Below, piece by piece: positions 1 through 8,883 of a stretch of DNA of 53,794 nt; positions within the stretch are counted from its first letter, which is position 1; each line of letters opens with the position of its first letter. The notes below the pieces were generated by a model. It saw only the letters and a program-made list of their open reading frames with translations. It had not been told where the DNA came from and ran no database searches. This stretch comes from an uncultured Planctomycetales bacterium. GTDB lineage: Bacteria; Planctomycetota; Phycisphaerae; SM23-33. Both the position numbers and the translations under genes were made by a program. Where the stretch lies: assembly GCA_965602635.1 (NCBI GenBank), contig CBFCZU010000003.1, positions 1 to 53,794 of the forward strand, in the 5' to 3' direction.

Positions 1-371
1 TTCGCGTGGCTTGCGGCTCAAAACAGGAAATGCATTGTGCTACAAGGACTTACGGATTTCGGGCCCGTCGCGAAACGTTCCGTTTTGTTCCGGAGTTTTC
101 CGAAACTTTCCGTTTCGTTCCGTTTCGTTCCGAAGTTTTCCGTTTCTTTCCGCCTGTTGCCCGTTGCCTGTTGCCTGTTGCCTATCAAGTTCGCGTGGCT
201 TGCGGCCCAAAACAGGAAATGTCTTGTCGGACAACGACTTACGCATTTCGAGGCGGTTGCGAAACGTTCCGTTTCTTTCCGAAACTTTCCGAAACTTTCC
301 GTTTCGTTCCGTTTCGTTCCGCTCTGCTGGGCCCCTTTCCGCTGGATTCGGTCTGGTCCCCGCCCTTTCCG
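1..371. repeat. Composite repeat: two ~189-bp units (1-189, 190-~326) containing TTCCG-N5 decamer arrays and GCC(T/C)GTT heptamers
   Basis: TTCGCGTGGCTTGCGGC(T/C)CAAAACAGGAAATG at 1 and 190. TTCCG at 78,88,...,148 and 267,...,317, plus 337 and 367 in phase. Heptamers at 152-186. Confidence 0.9.
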
Positions 372-507
372 GCGTGTCTGGGCCTACGGGCCTCCTTCGC
401 CATCCTGCTTCGCCAAGAACCGGCTTCGGAGGCCTGAGCCGGCGCGAGTCGCCCGACCGGGGTGCCGTGGCCCACAACTCGTTTTCTCTACGCCAGAAGC
501 GCAAAGC

Positions 508-516
508 TGGTATAAT
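508..516 (+). promoter_or_regulatory. Putative extended -10 promoter element (TGgTATAAT) for the PEP-CTERM gene
   Basis: Perfect TGnTATAAT in GC-rich DNA ~90 bp upstream of ATG 603. AGGAGGT RBS at 589-595. Confidence 0.55.
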
Positions 517-602
517 CACGGTACAGGAGAAGAACGCCTGCAGTTCGCGCCGGCACCGGCCGACGGCAGGCTCAGTGACATGCCATTCAGGAGGTCGTGG
601 AG

Positions 603-2354
603 ATGAAATGTCTGGCCAGGTTGATTGTCTTGGCGTCTGTCGTCGTGCTGGCCTGCGGGCAGACGGTTCTTGGCACCACGTACATTGTGAGCTCGGTCGA
701 TCAACTGAGAAACACGATGAACAACAGCGCCAGCCCGGGCGACACGATACGCGTCATGCCGGGCAACTACAACAGCCGGCTGTGGGTCAGCGGCGTCCAC
801 GGCACCCCCGGGAACATGATCAACGTCATCGCCCACGATCCGGCCAACCGGCCCGTCTTCTCGTCGGATAGCACCGGGTGCTTCACGCTCAACGATTGCT
901 CCTACATCATGGTGGACGGGATCATCGCCGAGCACGGCGGGACGCCGACCCAGGATGCCAACAACATAGAGTTCCCGTTGTCAGACCACATGATCATCAA
1001 GAACTCCGTTTCCCGTGACATGGACCACAACGGCAACTCGGACGCGTACAAGTTCGCTCAGTCCAACAACATCCTCATGTATAACTGCGTTGCCCAGAAC
1101 TGGGCCGACGGCGGCGCGGGTGTGGACGGGATGGTCTCCAACTCGAGCCTGTTCATGCGCAACACGATCACCTTCCCGACTCTGCCGGACTACGCCGGCG
1201 CCATCGGCATCATGCCCAAGGGCGGCGCCTACCACCACGGGATGTACAAGAACCACTTCATCGACGGCAGCAGCCGGGCGATATGCTTCGGCGGGTCGGG
1301 CGGCGCGGCCGGGCCGGAGATCTACGACTCCGTGGCCATGGGCAACCTGATGGAGGCCGGCGAGGCGGCAGTGGCGTACGTCTCCAGCGAGGACTGCGAA
1401 TTCTCTTACAACACGGTCATCAATCCCGAGAAGTTCGTGATGCGAATCCTGAAGGAAGGCGCCGTCGGCGCCAGCGACTGCACCTTCAAGCGGAACATCA
1501 TCGAATACGGCAACGTGACAGTGCAGAACATCGGCCCCGGCAACGACCCCGCCTCGTTCACCTACCAAGAGAACTACTGGTACAAGTGGACGAACCCTGG
1601 CGCCAGCATCCCCACGCTTGCTTCGCCGGAGATCGACCCCGCCGGCGGCGTCGACCCGCAGTTGGACTCCGACGGCCGGCCGCACTACGCGGGCGCTAAG
1701 GAGTACGGCAGGTATGCCCCGGAGATGGAGTCCGAGTTCGAGCAGCACGTCCCCTGGTTCCAGTGGGCGTGGGACGAGGCGCAGGCCTTCGAGCCCAAGG
1801 CCGAAGCGGGCGGGCTTTACCGCGTCGGGCCGGGCGGGTCCGTCAGGTTCGACGGCAGCGCATCCTACGCCGGCGTCGGCTCCTACGGCCCCCACGCCAT
1901 CGGCAACTACCTCTGGGACATCGACTGGGACAGCGACTTCGACGACGGCGTCGGGCAGACGGTTGACCTGACCCACGCCGCCCTGGCCGGCATGGGCCTG
2001 GGCAGCGGAGAGCACACCGTCGAGCTGGCCATCTCGGTGGCGAACGAATACAACACGATCTGGGACTGGGGCTTCGCCCAGCTCGACATCGTGGACCTGC
2101 CCGGCGACGCCGACGGCGACGGGCTGGCCGACGGGCTGGACTACATCGCGTGGTCCAACAGCTACCCCCTGGCCGACGTGGACTGGATCGGCGGCGACTT
2201 CAACGGCGACCGCATCGCCGACGGGCTCGACTACATCATCTGGTCGAACAACTACTCCGTCCCCGGCGCGCCTGTGCCCGAGCCGGGCGTGTGCATGCTG
2301 CTGGCCGTCGGCGCGCTGCTCGGCGGCGTGAGGAGGCGGCGGGCGGCCCGGTGA
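603..2354 (+). CDS. Secreted right-handed beta-helix (pectin lyase-like) protein with PKD-like region, dockerin/EF-hand-like repeat pair and PEP-CTERM sorting signal
   Basis: Signal peptide; 'ASPGDTIRVMPGNY' beta-helix start; Asn-rich repeats; two GDxxGDxxADGLDYIxWSNxY repeats; C-terminal VPEP-TM-RRRR. Confidence 0.85.
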   Translation: MKCLARLIVLASVVVLACGQTVLGTTYIVSSVDQLRNTMNNSASPGDTIRVMPGNYNSRLWVSGVHGTPGNMINVIAHDPANRPVFSSDSTGCFTLNDCSYIMVDGIIAEHGGTPTQDANNIEFPLSDHMIIKNSVSRDMDHNGNSDAYKFAQSNNILMYNCVAQNWADGGAGVDGMVSNSSLFMRNTITFPTLPDYAGAIGIMPKGGAYHHGMYKNHFIDGSSRAICFGGSGGAAGPEIYDSVAMGNLMEAGEAAVAYVSSEDCEFSYNTVINPEKFVMRILKEGAVGASDCTFKRNIIEYGNVTVQNIGPGNDPASFTYQENYWYKWTNPGASIPTLASPEIDPAGGVDPQLDSDGRPHYAGAKEYGRYAPEMESEFEQHVPWFQWAWDEAQAFEPKAEAGGLYRVGPGGSVRFDGSASYAGVGSYGPHAIGNYLWDIDWDSDFDDGVGQTVDLTHAALAGMGLGSGEHTVELAISVANEYNTIWDWGFAQLDIVDLPGDADGDGLADGLDYIAWSNSYPLADVDWIGGDFNGDRIADGLDYIIWSNNYSVPGAPVPEPGVCMLLAVGALLGGVRRRRAAR

Positions 2355-2355
2355 A

Positions 2356-4092
2356 CTAGCCCGGGCCCTTGCCCGGAGCGGGCTCGTCAGGTTCGTCCAG
2401 CGGGATGCCGGCCTCGATGCTGTCGTCCACCGCCAGCCTGATGTTGTGCAGCTGAAGGGTCGTGCCCGTGATACGCGTCAACTGGACCAGGGCGTTGTGG
2501 TAGGAGACCCTGGCCTGGATTTCCGCCCTCTGCGCCCTGGCCACGCTCTCCTGGGTCTGAAGCTTGAGCTGGAGGAACACGGGCGTCAGGCGCTCTGTCT
2601 TCTTCTCGAGCACGTCGAGGGCCTTCAGTTGTAGTTGTGACGCCTTCACGGCCGCCGCCTGGGCGTTCATCTCATCGAAGGTGGTGCGGATCTCCCTCAC
2701 CGCCTCCCTGACGGCCACCGCGACCTTGTCGGCCATGTCCCGCATCTCGGTGACGGACTTGAGGCGCCGCAGCCTCTGCCCCCGCAGGGCCGCCCTGGCG
2801 GCGCGGTTGCCCAGAGGGATCTCGAAAGTCAGCCCGACGGTATGGTCCAGGAAGTGGCCGCGGAGCATGTCGTTGACGCCCTTCTCTCCGTGCCTGTTGA
2901 GCCCCTGGAGCCCGACGGACGCGACGAGGTTCAGCACGGGCAGGGTCTCGTTCCGGGCCACGCGCACGTTCACGTCGGCGGCGGCGATGCCAAGCCGCGC
3001 CTGCTCCAGCAGGGGGTTGTGCCGAAGCGCGCTGACCAGTTGGCTGGCGACGTCGATGGTCACCGGCTTGGCGACGGGCAGGTCGGTGGGCTTGACGCCG
3101 CAGCCGTTGGCAATCCCGATCCGCTCGTCCGCCAGGAGGCGGGCCAACTGGTCCTGCATGTTGTCCGCCGTCGTCCGCGACCGTATCAGCAACGCCCGGC
3201 GGGAGTGGACGGCCGCCTCCGTCTGCTTGATCACCACCTCCGTCGCGTCGATCTTCCTGCGCTTCTTGACCCGGTCGAGGGTCTCGACGGTCCTGTCGAG
3301 CAGCTCCTGCTGAATCCGCACATCCTCCCGCGCCTGGACGAGCGTCCAGTAAAGCGACTGGACCTGTGCGACGATCTCCTCGACCTTGTCGCGGAACTGT
3401 GCGCGGCTGGCCTTGTGGTTCAGGCGGGCGAGGTGGAGGGCCGCCAGGTTGTAGTCCCTGCCCGCGCGCCGCAGCAGCGGCTGGGTGACCTGCAGCGTGG
3501 TGATCGATTCGTATCGGGGGTCGGGCAGGGTGAAGGGGCTGTTGTCCGAGTGCCGGGTCAGGCTCCAGCTCAGCTCCGCCACGCCGCCATGGACGTTCGT
3601 GTTCCGCACGCCGACCTTGACCGGCACGGTCCGGCTCTGCGAGGCAGCCAGGGCCGTGGGGCTGCGGCGGTCGCTCCTGGTGTGGGAGGACTCGCCGAAG
3701 AGGACGTAATCGAATGCGGCCGCGGCCTCGATCATCTGCTGGCGCGAGATGGCCGGGTCGAACCCCACCACGCCTATCTCCAGGCTGTTGGCGAGGGCAA
3801 GCCGGATCGCCTCGTCGAGCGAGAGATGAACGGCGCCTCTGCCGCCCTTGGGGTCCTTGACGATCTTCAGCGGCGCGACCGCCCTGCCGGGCGCGGGCCG
3901 GAGCAGGTCCAGCCCGTCCTCACCGGCTCGCGGCTGGGGCGAGTTCTTGAGGACCGCTTCCTGGTACCTGGTGAGCAGGTCAGGGTCGATTCGGCCCGGG
4001 CTCACGCAGCCGGCCAGGGCCAGGACCGCCAGCCCGCACGCGGCGGCGATCGCCCCTCCCACGAGACTTGTCATGGGCATCCGCTTTAGCAT
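2356..4092 (-). CDS. TolC-family outer membrane efflux lipoprotein
   Basis: LAGC lipobox; 'LSLDEAIRLALANS', 'TQPLLR', 'ARNETLPVLNL', 'FEIPLGNRAA' motifs. Start taken at ATG 4092. Confidence 0.85.
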   Translation of the reverse strand: MLKRMPMTSLVGGAIAAACGLAVLALAGCVSPGRIDPDLLTRYQEAVLKNSPQPRAGEDGLDLLRPAPGRAVAPLKIVKDPKGGRGAVHLSLDEAIRLALANSLEIGVVGFDPAISRQQMIEAAAAFDYVLFGESSHTRSDRRSPTALAASQSRTVPVKVGVRNTNVHGGVAELSWSLTRHSDNSPFTLPDPRYESITTLQVTQPLLRRAGRDYNLAALHLARLNHKASRAQFRDKVEEIVAQVQSLYWTLVQAREDVRIQQELLDRTVETLDRVKKRRKIDATEVVIKQTEAAVHSRRALLIRSRTTADNMQDQLARLLADERIGIANGCGVKPTDLPVAKPVTIDVASQLVSALRHNPLLEQARLGIAAADVNVRVARNETLPVLNLVASVGLQGLNRHGEKGVNDMLRGHFLDHTVGLTFEIPLGNRAARAALRGQRLRRLKSVTEMRDMADKVAVAVREAVREIRTTFDEMNAQAAAVKASQLQLKALDVLEKKTERLTPVFLQLKLQTQESVARAQRAEIQARVSYHNALVQLTRITGTTLQLHNIRLAVDDSIEAGIPLDEPDEPAPGKGPG

Positions 4093-4320
4093 GGTTTGCC
4101 CCTTCTGTTGGGGAACGGGATCTTCGCAGCGCGGGGAGGCACCTTCGGCACGACAACCGCGGAGGAAACGAGAAACCCACAATCGTCCATGACAGGCTCA
4201 CGCCTCCGTGCTGCTGTCGCCGCGCCGGGGCGTCCCGGGCGGCGGGCGCACTTGACCATTGCAATCGGCCCGCTGCCCCTCATAATCATCGGCGAGCAGG
4301 GCATCAATATAGGAACCAAA

Positions 4321-5709
4321 ATGATGGCACAGTTGGAGAAGGTTTTCAAGGCCTATGACGTCCGCGGAATCTACGGAACAGAGATCGACGAGGATCTGGC
4401 CTGGAAGATCGGGCACGCGGCCGGGCAGTTTCTCCGCAGCCTCCTGAGCGGCTACGACCGCGGACAAGCCAGCGCGAACCGAATAGTCGTCGGGCGGGAC
4501 ATGCGCCCGCACAGCGAGCCCCTGGTCAGTCACCTGATCGAGGGCGCCCTGGCCGGCGGCGTCTCCTGCGTGGACGTGGGAATGGTGGACACGCCGATGG
4601 TGACTTTCGCGGTGAACCACCTGGGCACGTGCGGCGGCATCCAGGTCACGGCTTCGCACAACCCCATGGAATACAACGGGTTCAAGATTTCCGGGCAGAA
4701 GGCACGCCCTGTGGGCGAGGACACGGGCCTCAAGGAGATCCAGCACATCGTCTCGACCTTGCGGCGGACGCCGCCGCCGTCCGAGCTGTCCACGGCCGTC
4801 CACAAGGTGGACCTCTGGTCCGAGTACCGCGACCACGTGCTGAGCTTCCTGAAGGTCACACGGCGGCTTCGGGTCGTGGCGGACGCGTCCAACGGAATGG
4901 CCGGGAAGATGATGCCGGCCATATTCGACGACACCGACGTTGACCTGGTCCCGATGAATTACGAGATCGGCAAGGGCTTCGCCCATCCGCCCAACCCGCT
5001 GATCGACGCGCACCTCAAGCAGCTCCGCTCGGCCGTCGAGAAGGAGAAGGCCGACTTCGGCATCTGCTTCGACGGCGACGCGGACCGCTGCATGTTCGTG
5101 GACGAGCTGGGGCAGATCGTCCGCTGCGACCACATGACCGCCCTGCTGGCGCAGCATTTCCTCAGGCTGCATCCGGGCTCGACGGTCGTGTACGACCTCC
5201 GCAGCTCGCGATCCGTCCCCGAGGAGATACGCGCAGCCGGGGGAGTGCCCAGGCGCGAACGCGTCGGGCACGCCTTCATAAAGAAGGCCCTGCTGGACAC
5301 CCACGCCGTCTTCGGCGGCGAGTTGAGCGGGCACTTCTACTTCCGCGACAACTTCAACGCCGACTCGGGGGCGATCGCGTTCGCCGTGGCGGCCTCGGTA
5401 ATCTCCGCCTCGGGCCAGACCCTCAGCGAGCTGATCGCGCCGCTGAAGCCGTACGTGCAGACCGGCGAAATCAACTTCGATGTGTCGGAGAAGCAGCAGA
5501 AGATGGACGAGCTCGCCGAGAAGTTCTCCGACGCCGAGATCGACCGCCTCGACGGCGTCACCTGCCAGTACGATGACTGGTGGTTCAACGTTCGCGCGTC
5601 GAACACCGAGCCGCTGCTGCGGCTGAATCTAGAGGCCAAGAACAAGAAACTGCTGGACAGCAAGTTTGCGGAAGTCCGAGCCATCCTGGGCGAGCCGATC
5701 GAGGAATAG
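4321..5709 (+). CDS. manB: Phosphomannomutase/phosphoglucomutase
   Basis: FKAYDVRG, TASHNP (phospho-Ser), DGDADR metal loop, GELSGH, RASNTEP. Confidence 0.93.
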   Translation: MMAQLEKVFKAYDVRGIYGTEIDEDLAWKIGHAAGQFLRSLLSGYDRGQASANRIVVGRDMRPHSEPLVSHLIEGALAGGVSCVDVGMVDTPMVTFAVNHLGTCGGIQVTASHNPMEYNGFKISGQKARPVGEDTGLKEIQHIVSTLRRTPPPSELSTAVHKVDLWSEYRDHVLSFLKVTRRLRVVADASNGMAGKMMPAIFDDTDVDLVPMNYEIGKGFAHPPNPLIDAHLKQLRSAVEKEKADFGICFDGDADRCMFVDELGQIVRCDHMTALLAQHFLRLHPGSTVVYDLRSSRSVPEEIRAAGGVPRRERVGHAFIKKALLDTHAVFGGELSGHFYFRDNFNADSGAIAFAVAASVISASGQTLSELIAPLKPYVQTGEINFDVSEKQQKMDELAEKFSDAEIDRLDGVTCQYDDWWFNVRASNTEPLLRLNLEAKNKKLLDSKFAEVRAILGEPIEE

Positions 5710-6628
5710 CACGGGCGGGCGATGGCTTCGCCTCGCCGCGGCGACCGTCGCGGTTGCCCTGTTCGGGGCGATCCTCACCGGCGGAGGGCAGCCCCCGAGC
5801 GGCGCGACCAGCCTTCCAGCCGATCCGCCCGTCGCCGGTCAGCGCGCGATCTGCTTCCCCCCCGCCCAGGGCGCCAAGCCGAAGACCTTCGCCGCCGGCG
5901 GCATCGTCATCTGGAGCGACGCGCCCGTCAACGGCCGGGAGCTGGTCGCCCACCTCCAGAAGGTGCGCAGGCACCTTCGATCGGCCGTCGCCGCCACCCA
6001 GCCGGCAACCGCCAGCATGCCCGCGGACAATGACCGCCGCCCGGTGGCACTGGCCGTTTACAGGACGAGGCGGGACTACCTGCGCCTATGGAAACGCGTG
6101 GGCGCGCACTACCGCGGGCGGTTCGGGGCGATCGCCGCCGAGGGATACTCCTACCGCGTCTTCTGCGCGACCAGCTACGACTCGCCCGAGGCGTTCGCAA
6201 AGCGCCGCCCGGTCATCTGCCACGAGTTCGCCCACGTGTGGCTGTACCAGACCCACGGCCTGAGGAACGACGGCAACTGGCTGACCGAGGCCATGGCCAA
6301 CGCCGCGCAGTTGCACTTCTTCCCCGACTCCGGCGACCGCGCCGACTTCCTGCGCTGGATGGACGCCGGGAAGATGATCCCGCTCAAGCGCCTGATGAGC
6401 ATGCCGCGGATCGCATCGAGTGACTACTGGCAGGCCGCCACGCTGGGCGAGCTGCTACTGCTGCGCTACCGCGACAAGCTCCCGGCCGTGATCCAAGCGT
6501 TTAACCGGGGCGACTCGGCCTATGCCATCGTCACGAAGGTCCTCAAGACCGACCTGGCGACGTTCGAGCGGCAGTGGGCCGATCACGTCCGCCGCTCCGC
6601 TCGCCCGGCGACCACCAGGCCGAGATAG
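5666..6628 (+). CDS. Exported gluzincin-type (peptidase MA-like) metalloprotein; start uncertain
   Basis: HEFAH followed by WLTEAMA third ligand; N-terminal hydrophobic segment. The upstream start given is a TTG overlapping manB. Confidence 0.7.
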   Translation: MRKSEPSWASRSRNSTGGRWLRLAAATVAVALFGAILTGGGQPPSGATSLPADPPVAGQRAICFPPAQGAKPKTFAAGGIVIWSDAPVNGRELVAHLQKVRRHLRSAVAATQPATASMPADNDRRPVALAVYRTRRDYLRLWKRVGAHYRGRFGAIAAEGYSYRVFCATSYDSPEAFAKRRPVICHEFAHVWLYQTHGLRNDGNWLTEAMANAAQLHFFPDSGDRADFLRWMDAGKMIPLKRLMSMPRIASSDYWQAATLGELLLLRYRDKLPAVIQAFNRGDSAYAIVTKVLKTDLATFERQWADHVRRSARPATTRPR

Positions 6629-6938
<310 letters not shown>

Positions 6939-6977
6939 CGACTCCCGCCCCACTCGCCCGGTCTGCCCCACGGATCA

Positions 6978-8864
6978 TCAGCGTTTCAGGGACGGCACGC
7001 GCATCTCGATCCGCTCGTCGTGGGGCTTGTCGTCGCAGCGGACGACGTATTCACATGCCAGGTCGTTGGTGACGTGGCGGTGGCTCTTCAGTCGCCGTCC
7101 GACGCGCGGGTCCACCTCGTACCAGAAGTGCTCGATCTCGAGCGGCGCCGGCGGCGGATCGCCCGCCGGGACGTAGTGCCCGACAACGCGGAAGCCGTTG
7201 GCGCCATGCTTGGCCGAGAAACGCACGTAGGCCTTGGGCGAGCGGCCCGAGAGGCGGCCCTGGGCGGATATCCCGAAGTGCCAGCCGTTGGGGTCAACCA
7301 CGATCTCGCGCCCGGCGATGGTCTCCCAAGGACCCTCGGGCGAATCGGCGATCTCGATCTTGGCCGGCGTGCCGTCGTAGGCCGCATCGCCCTTGCGCCC
7401 CTCGACGATCGCCAGGGCGGACAGCCAGGCCATCGTCCCGCCGCCCGGGGCCGACACCTCGTATGTCGCCTCCCATGGCCTCGACGGATCCTCCGGCGTC
7501 AGCCGCTTCCACGAGGCCGGGTCGTGGCAGAGATTCGCCGTGGCGAAGGTGAGCCCGGCCCAGTGCTCGTCGTCGGTGGCCGAGTCGATCGCGATCGTCC
7601 GCGTGCTGAGCCCATGCCGGTCGCCGCCGTGCACACGCATGCGGTTTTCGCCGGCGTTGCGCAGGCCCGGCAGCGAATGCGGGGAGACCATGAACCACAT
7701 CCGCGTCTCGAAATCGCGCAGCGTCGCGCCCTTGCCCTCCAGCACGAGGCGCAGCCGCAGGCGATAGCGGCCGTCGGCCAGTGAGGTGAAGTCGAGCTTG
7801 CAATCAACCTTCCCGGTCTGCCCTTCGGACGACCATAGCGGCTGCCATTGCTCGGACATCTCGGCGGCGCCCTCGACGCGGGCGCTTGCCCCCTCGGGCA
7901 GCTCGAACCCGGCCGCCAGGAGCGCCCCGTTCACCGAGGGCACCCGCCCCATCGGGTCGGCGATGCCGCAGTAGATGTATGGGGACTCGAAGGCGAAGAT
8001 CGCGCTACCGGCCGGGCCCTGGCAGATCAGGCCGTCGGCGGTCTGCGATAGTCCCTCGACCGCGTCGGCGCCCAGCTCGACGTCGCGGAAGTCCCTCGAC
8101 AGGCATGGGGCGTAGCGGAAGTAGCCGTTGCCCCACTGCCGCCGGGGCCAGAACCGCTCGGTCGGGCCCTCGGGCCCGGTCTCGCCGGGCCAGCGGGCGT
8201 ACGTCTGCGGATAATACGGGAAGACCACCCACCGCCCACGATTGTGGAAGTAGCGGACCATCTCCTCGCCCGGGCGCAGGCGGTAGTCCATCGAATGCAG
8301 CCGCTCTTCCAGCAGGTCGGGGTACTCCGGCGGCGACTCGTACAGCCTCGCGAAGCTCTCGGGCAGCCTGTCCGGGAAGTGGTACGGGAAGGACGGATTG
8401 GGCTGGTCGCTGACCAGCGTCGGGTCGCGATAGGTGTCCTCGCGCGAGGCTACGGTGTCCTCGTCCGGCGGGCGGAGGCGGTGGAACATCTGGATGTCGG
8501 CGTCGTAGTAGTGCCACTTGCCGTCGTAGAAGACCTCCGTGCCCTCGTGGCCGCGGATGTTGGCGATCCGCGACTCGAACCCCGCCGCCCGGCAGAGCAT
8601 GCCCAGCACGTGGGCGTGCACGTGGCAGATGGTGAACCCGTAAACGTTGAAGACCTTCAGCGGATCGAAGGTGTCCCGGTGCCACGGCAGCTCCTGGGCA
8701 GGGAAGTAGTGGAATATGCCCAGGTCGTGGTCCACCATGACCTGCCAGAGGGCGATGGCCAGCTCCTGGCCGCTCTTGCCCGCGAAGCGCGGGCTGTTGA
8801 CGAGGTTATCGAGGGTCGAGAAGTCCGGCACGTGCTCGGAGACCACCCACGGCGTGTAACGCAT
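6978..8864 (-). CDS. Transglutaminase-like (Cys-His-Asp) domain protein, 628 aa, no signal peptide
   Basis: 'GFTIC...AGFESR...GHEGTEVFYDGKWHYYDAD'; long beta-rich C-terminus of unknown function. Confidence 0.7.
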   Translation of the reverse strand: MRYTPWVVSEHVPDFSTLDNLVNSPRFAGKSGQELAIALWQVMVDHDLGIFHYFPAQELPWHRDTFDPLKVFNVYGFTICHVHAHVLGMLCRAAGFESRIANIRGHEGTEVFYDGKWHYYDADIQMFHRLRPPDEDTVASREDTYRDPTLVSDQPNPSFPYHFPDRLPESFARLYESPPEYPDLLEERLHSMDYRLRPGEEMVRYFHNRGRWVVFPYYPQTYARWPGETGPEGPTERFWPRRQWGNGYFRYAPCLSRDFRDVELGADAVEGLSQTADGLICQGPAGSAIFAFESPYIYCGIADPMGRVPSVNGALLAAGFELPEGASARVEGAAEMSEQWQPLWSSEGQTGKVDCKLDFTSLADGRYRLRLRLVLEGKGATLRDFETRMWFMVSPHSLPGLRNAGENRMRVHGGDRHGLSTRTIAIDSATDDEHWAGLTFATANLCHDPASWKRLTPEDPSRPWEATYEVSAPGGGTMAWLSALAIVEGRKGDAAYDGTPAKIEIADSPEGPWETIAGREIVVDPNGWHFGISAQGRLSGRSPKAYVRFSAKHGANGFRVVGHYVPAGDPPPAPLEIEHFWYEVDPRVGRRLKSHRHVTNDLACEYVVRCDDKPHDERIEMRVPSLKR

Positions 8865-8883
8865 GACTTCTTCTCCTTGGCGA

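Noticed and set aside
1-371. CRISPR array
   Set aside because: No 23-47-bp constant repeats with unique spacers, and no cas genes; the structure is 10-bp and 7-bp periodic.
6-606. ORFs 6-437, 11-871, 37-606 and 40-519 as proteins
   Set aside because: They stay open because the repeat lacks stop codons; the translations are low-complexity with no RBS or family motif.
2103-2255. 63-bp direct repeat pair as a DNA element
   Set aside because: Explained by the two dockerin/EF-hand-like peptide repeats in the PEP-CTERM protein.
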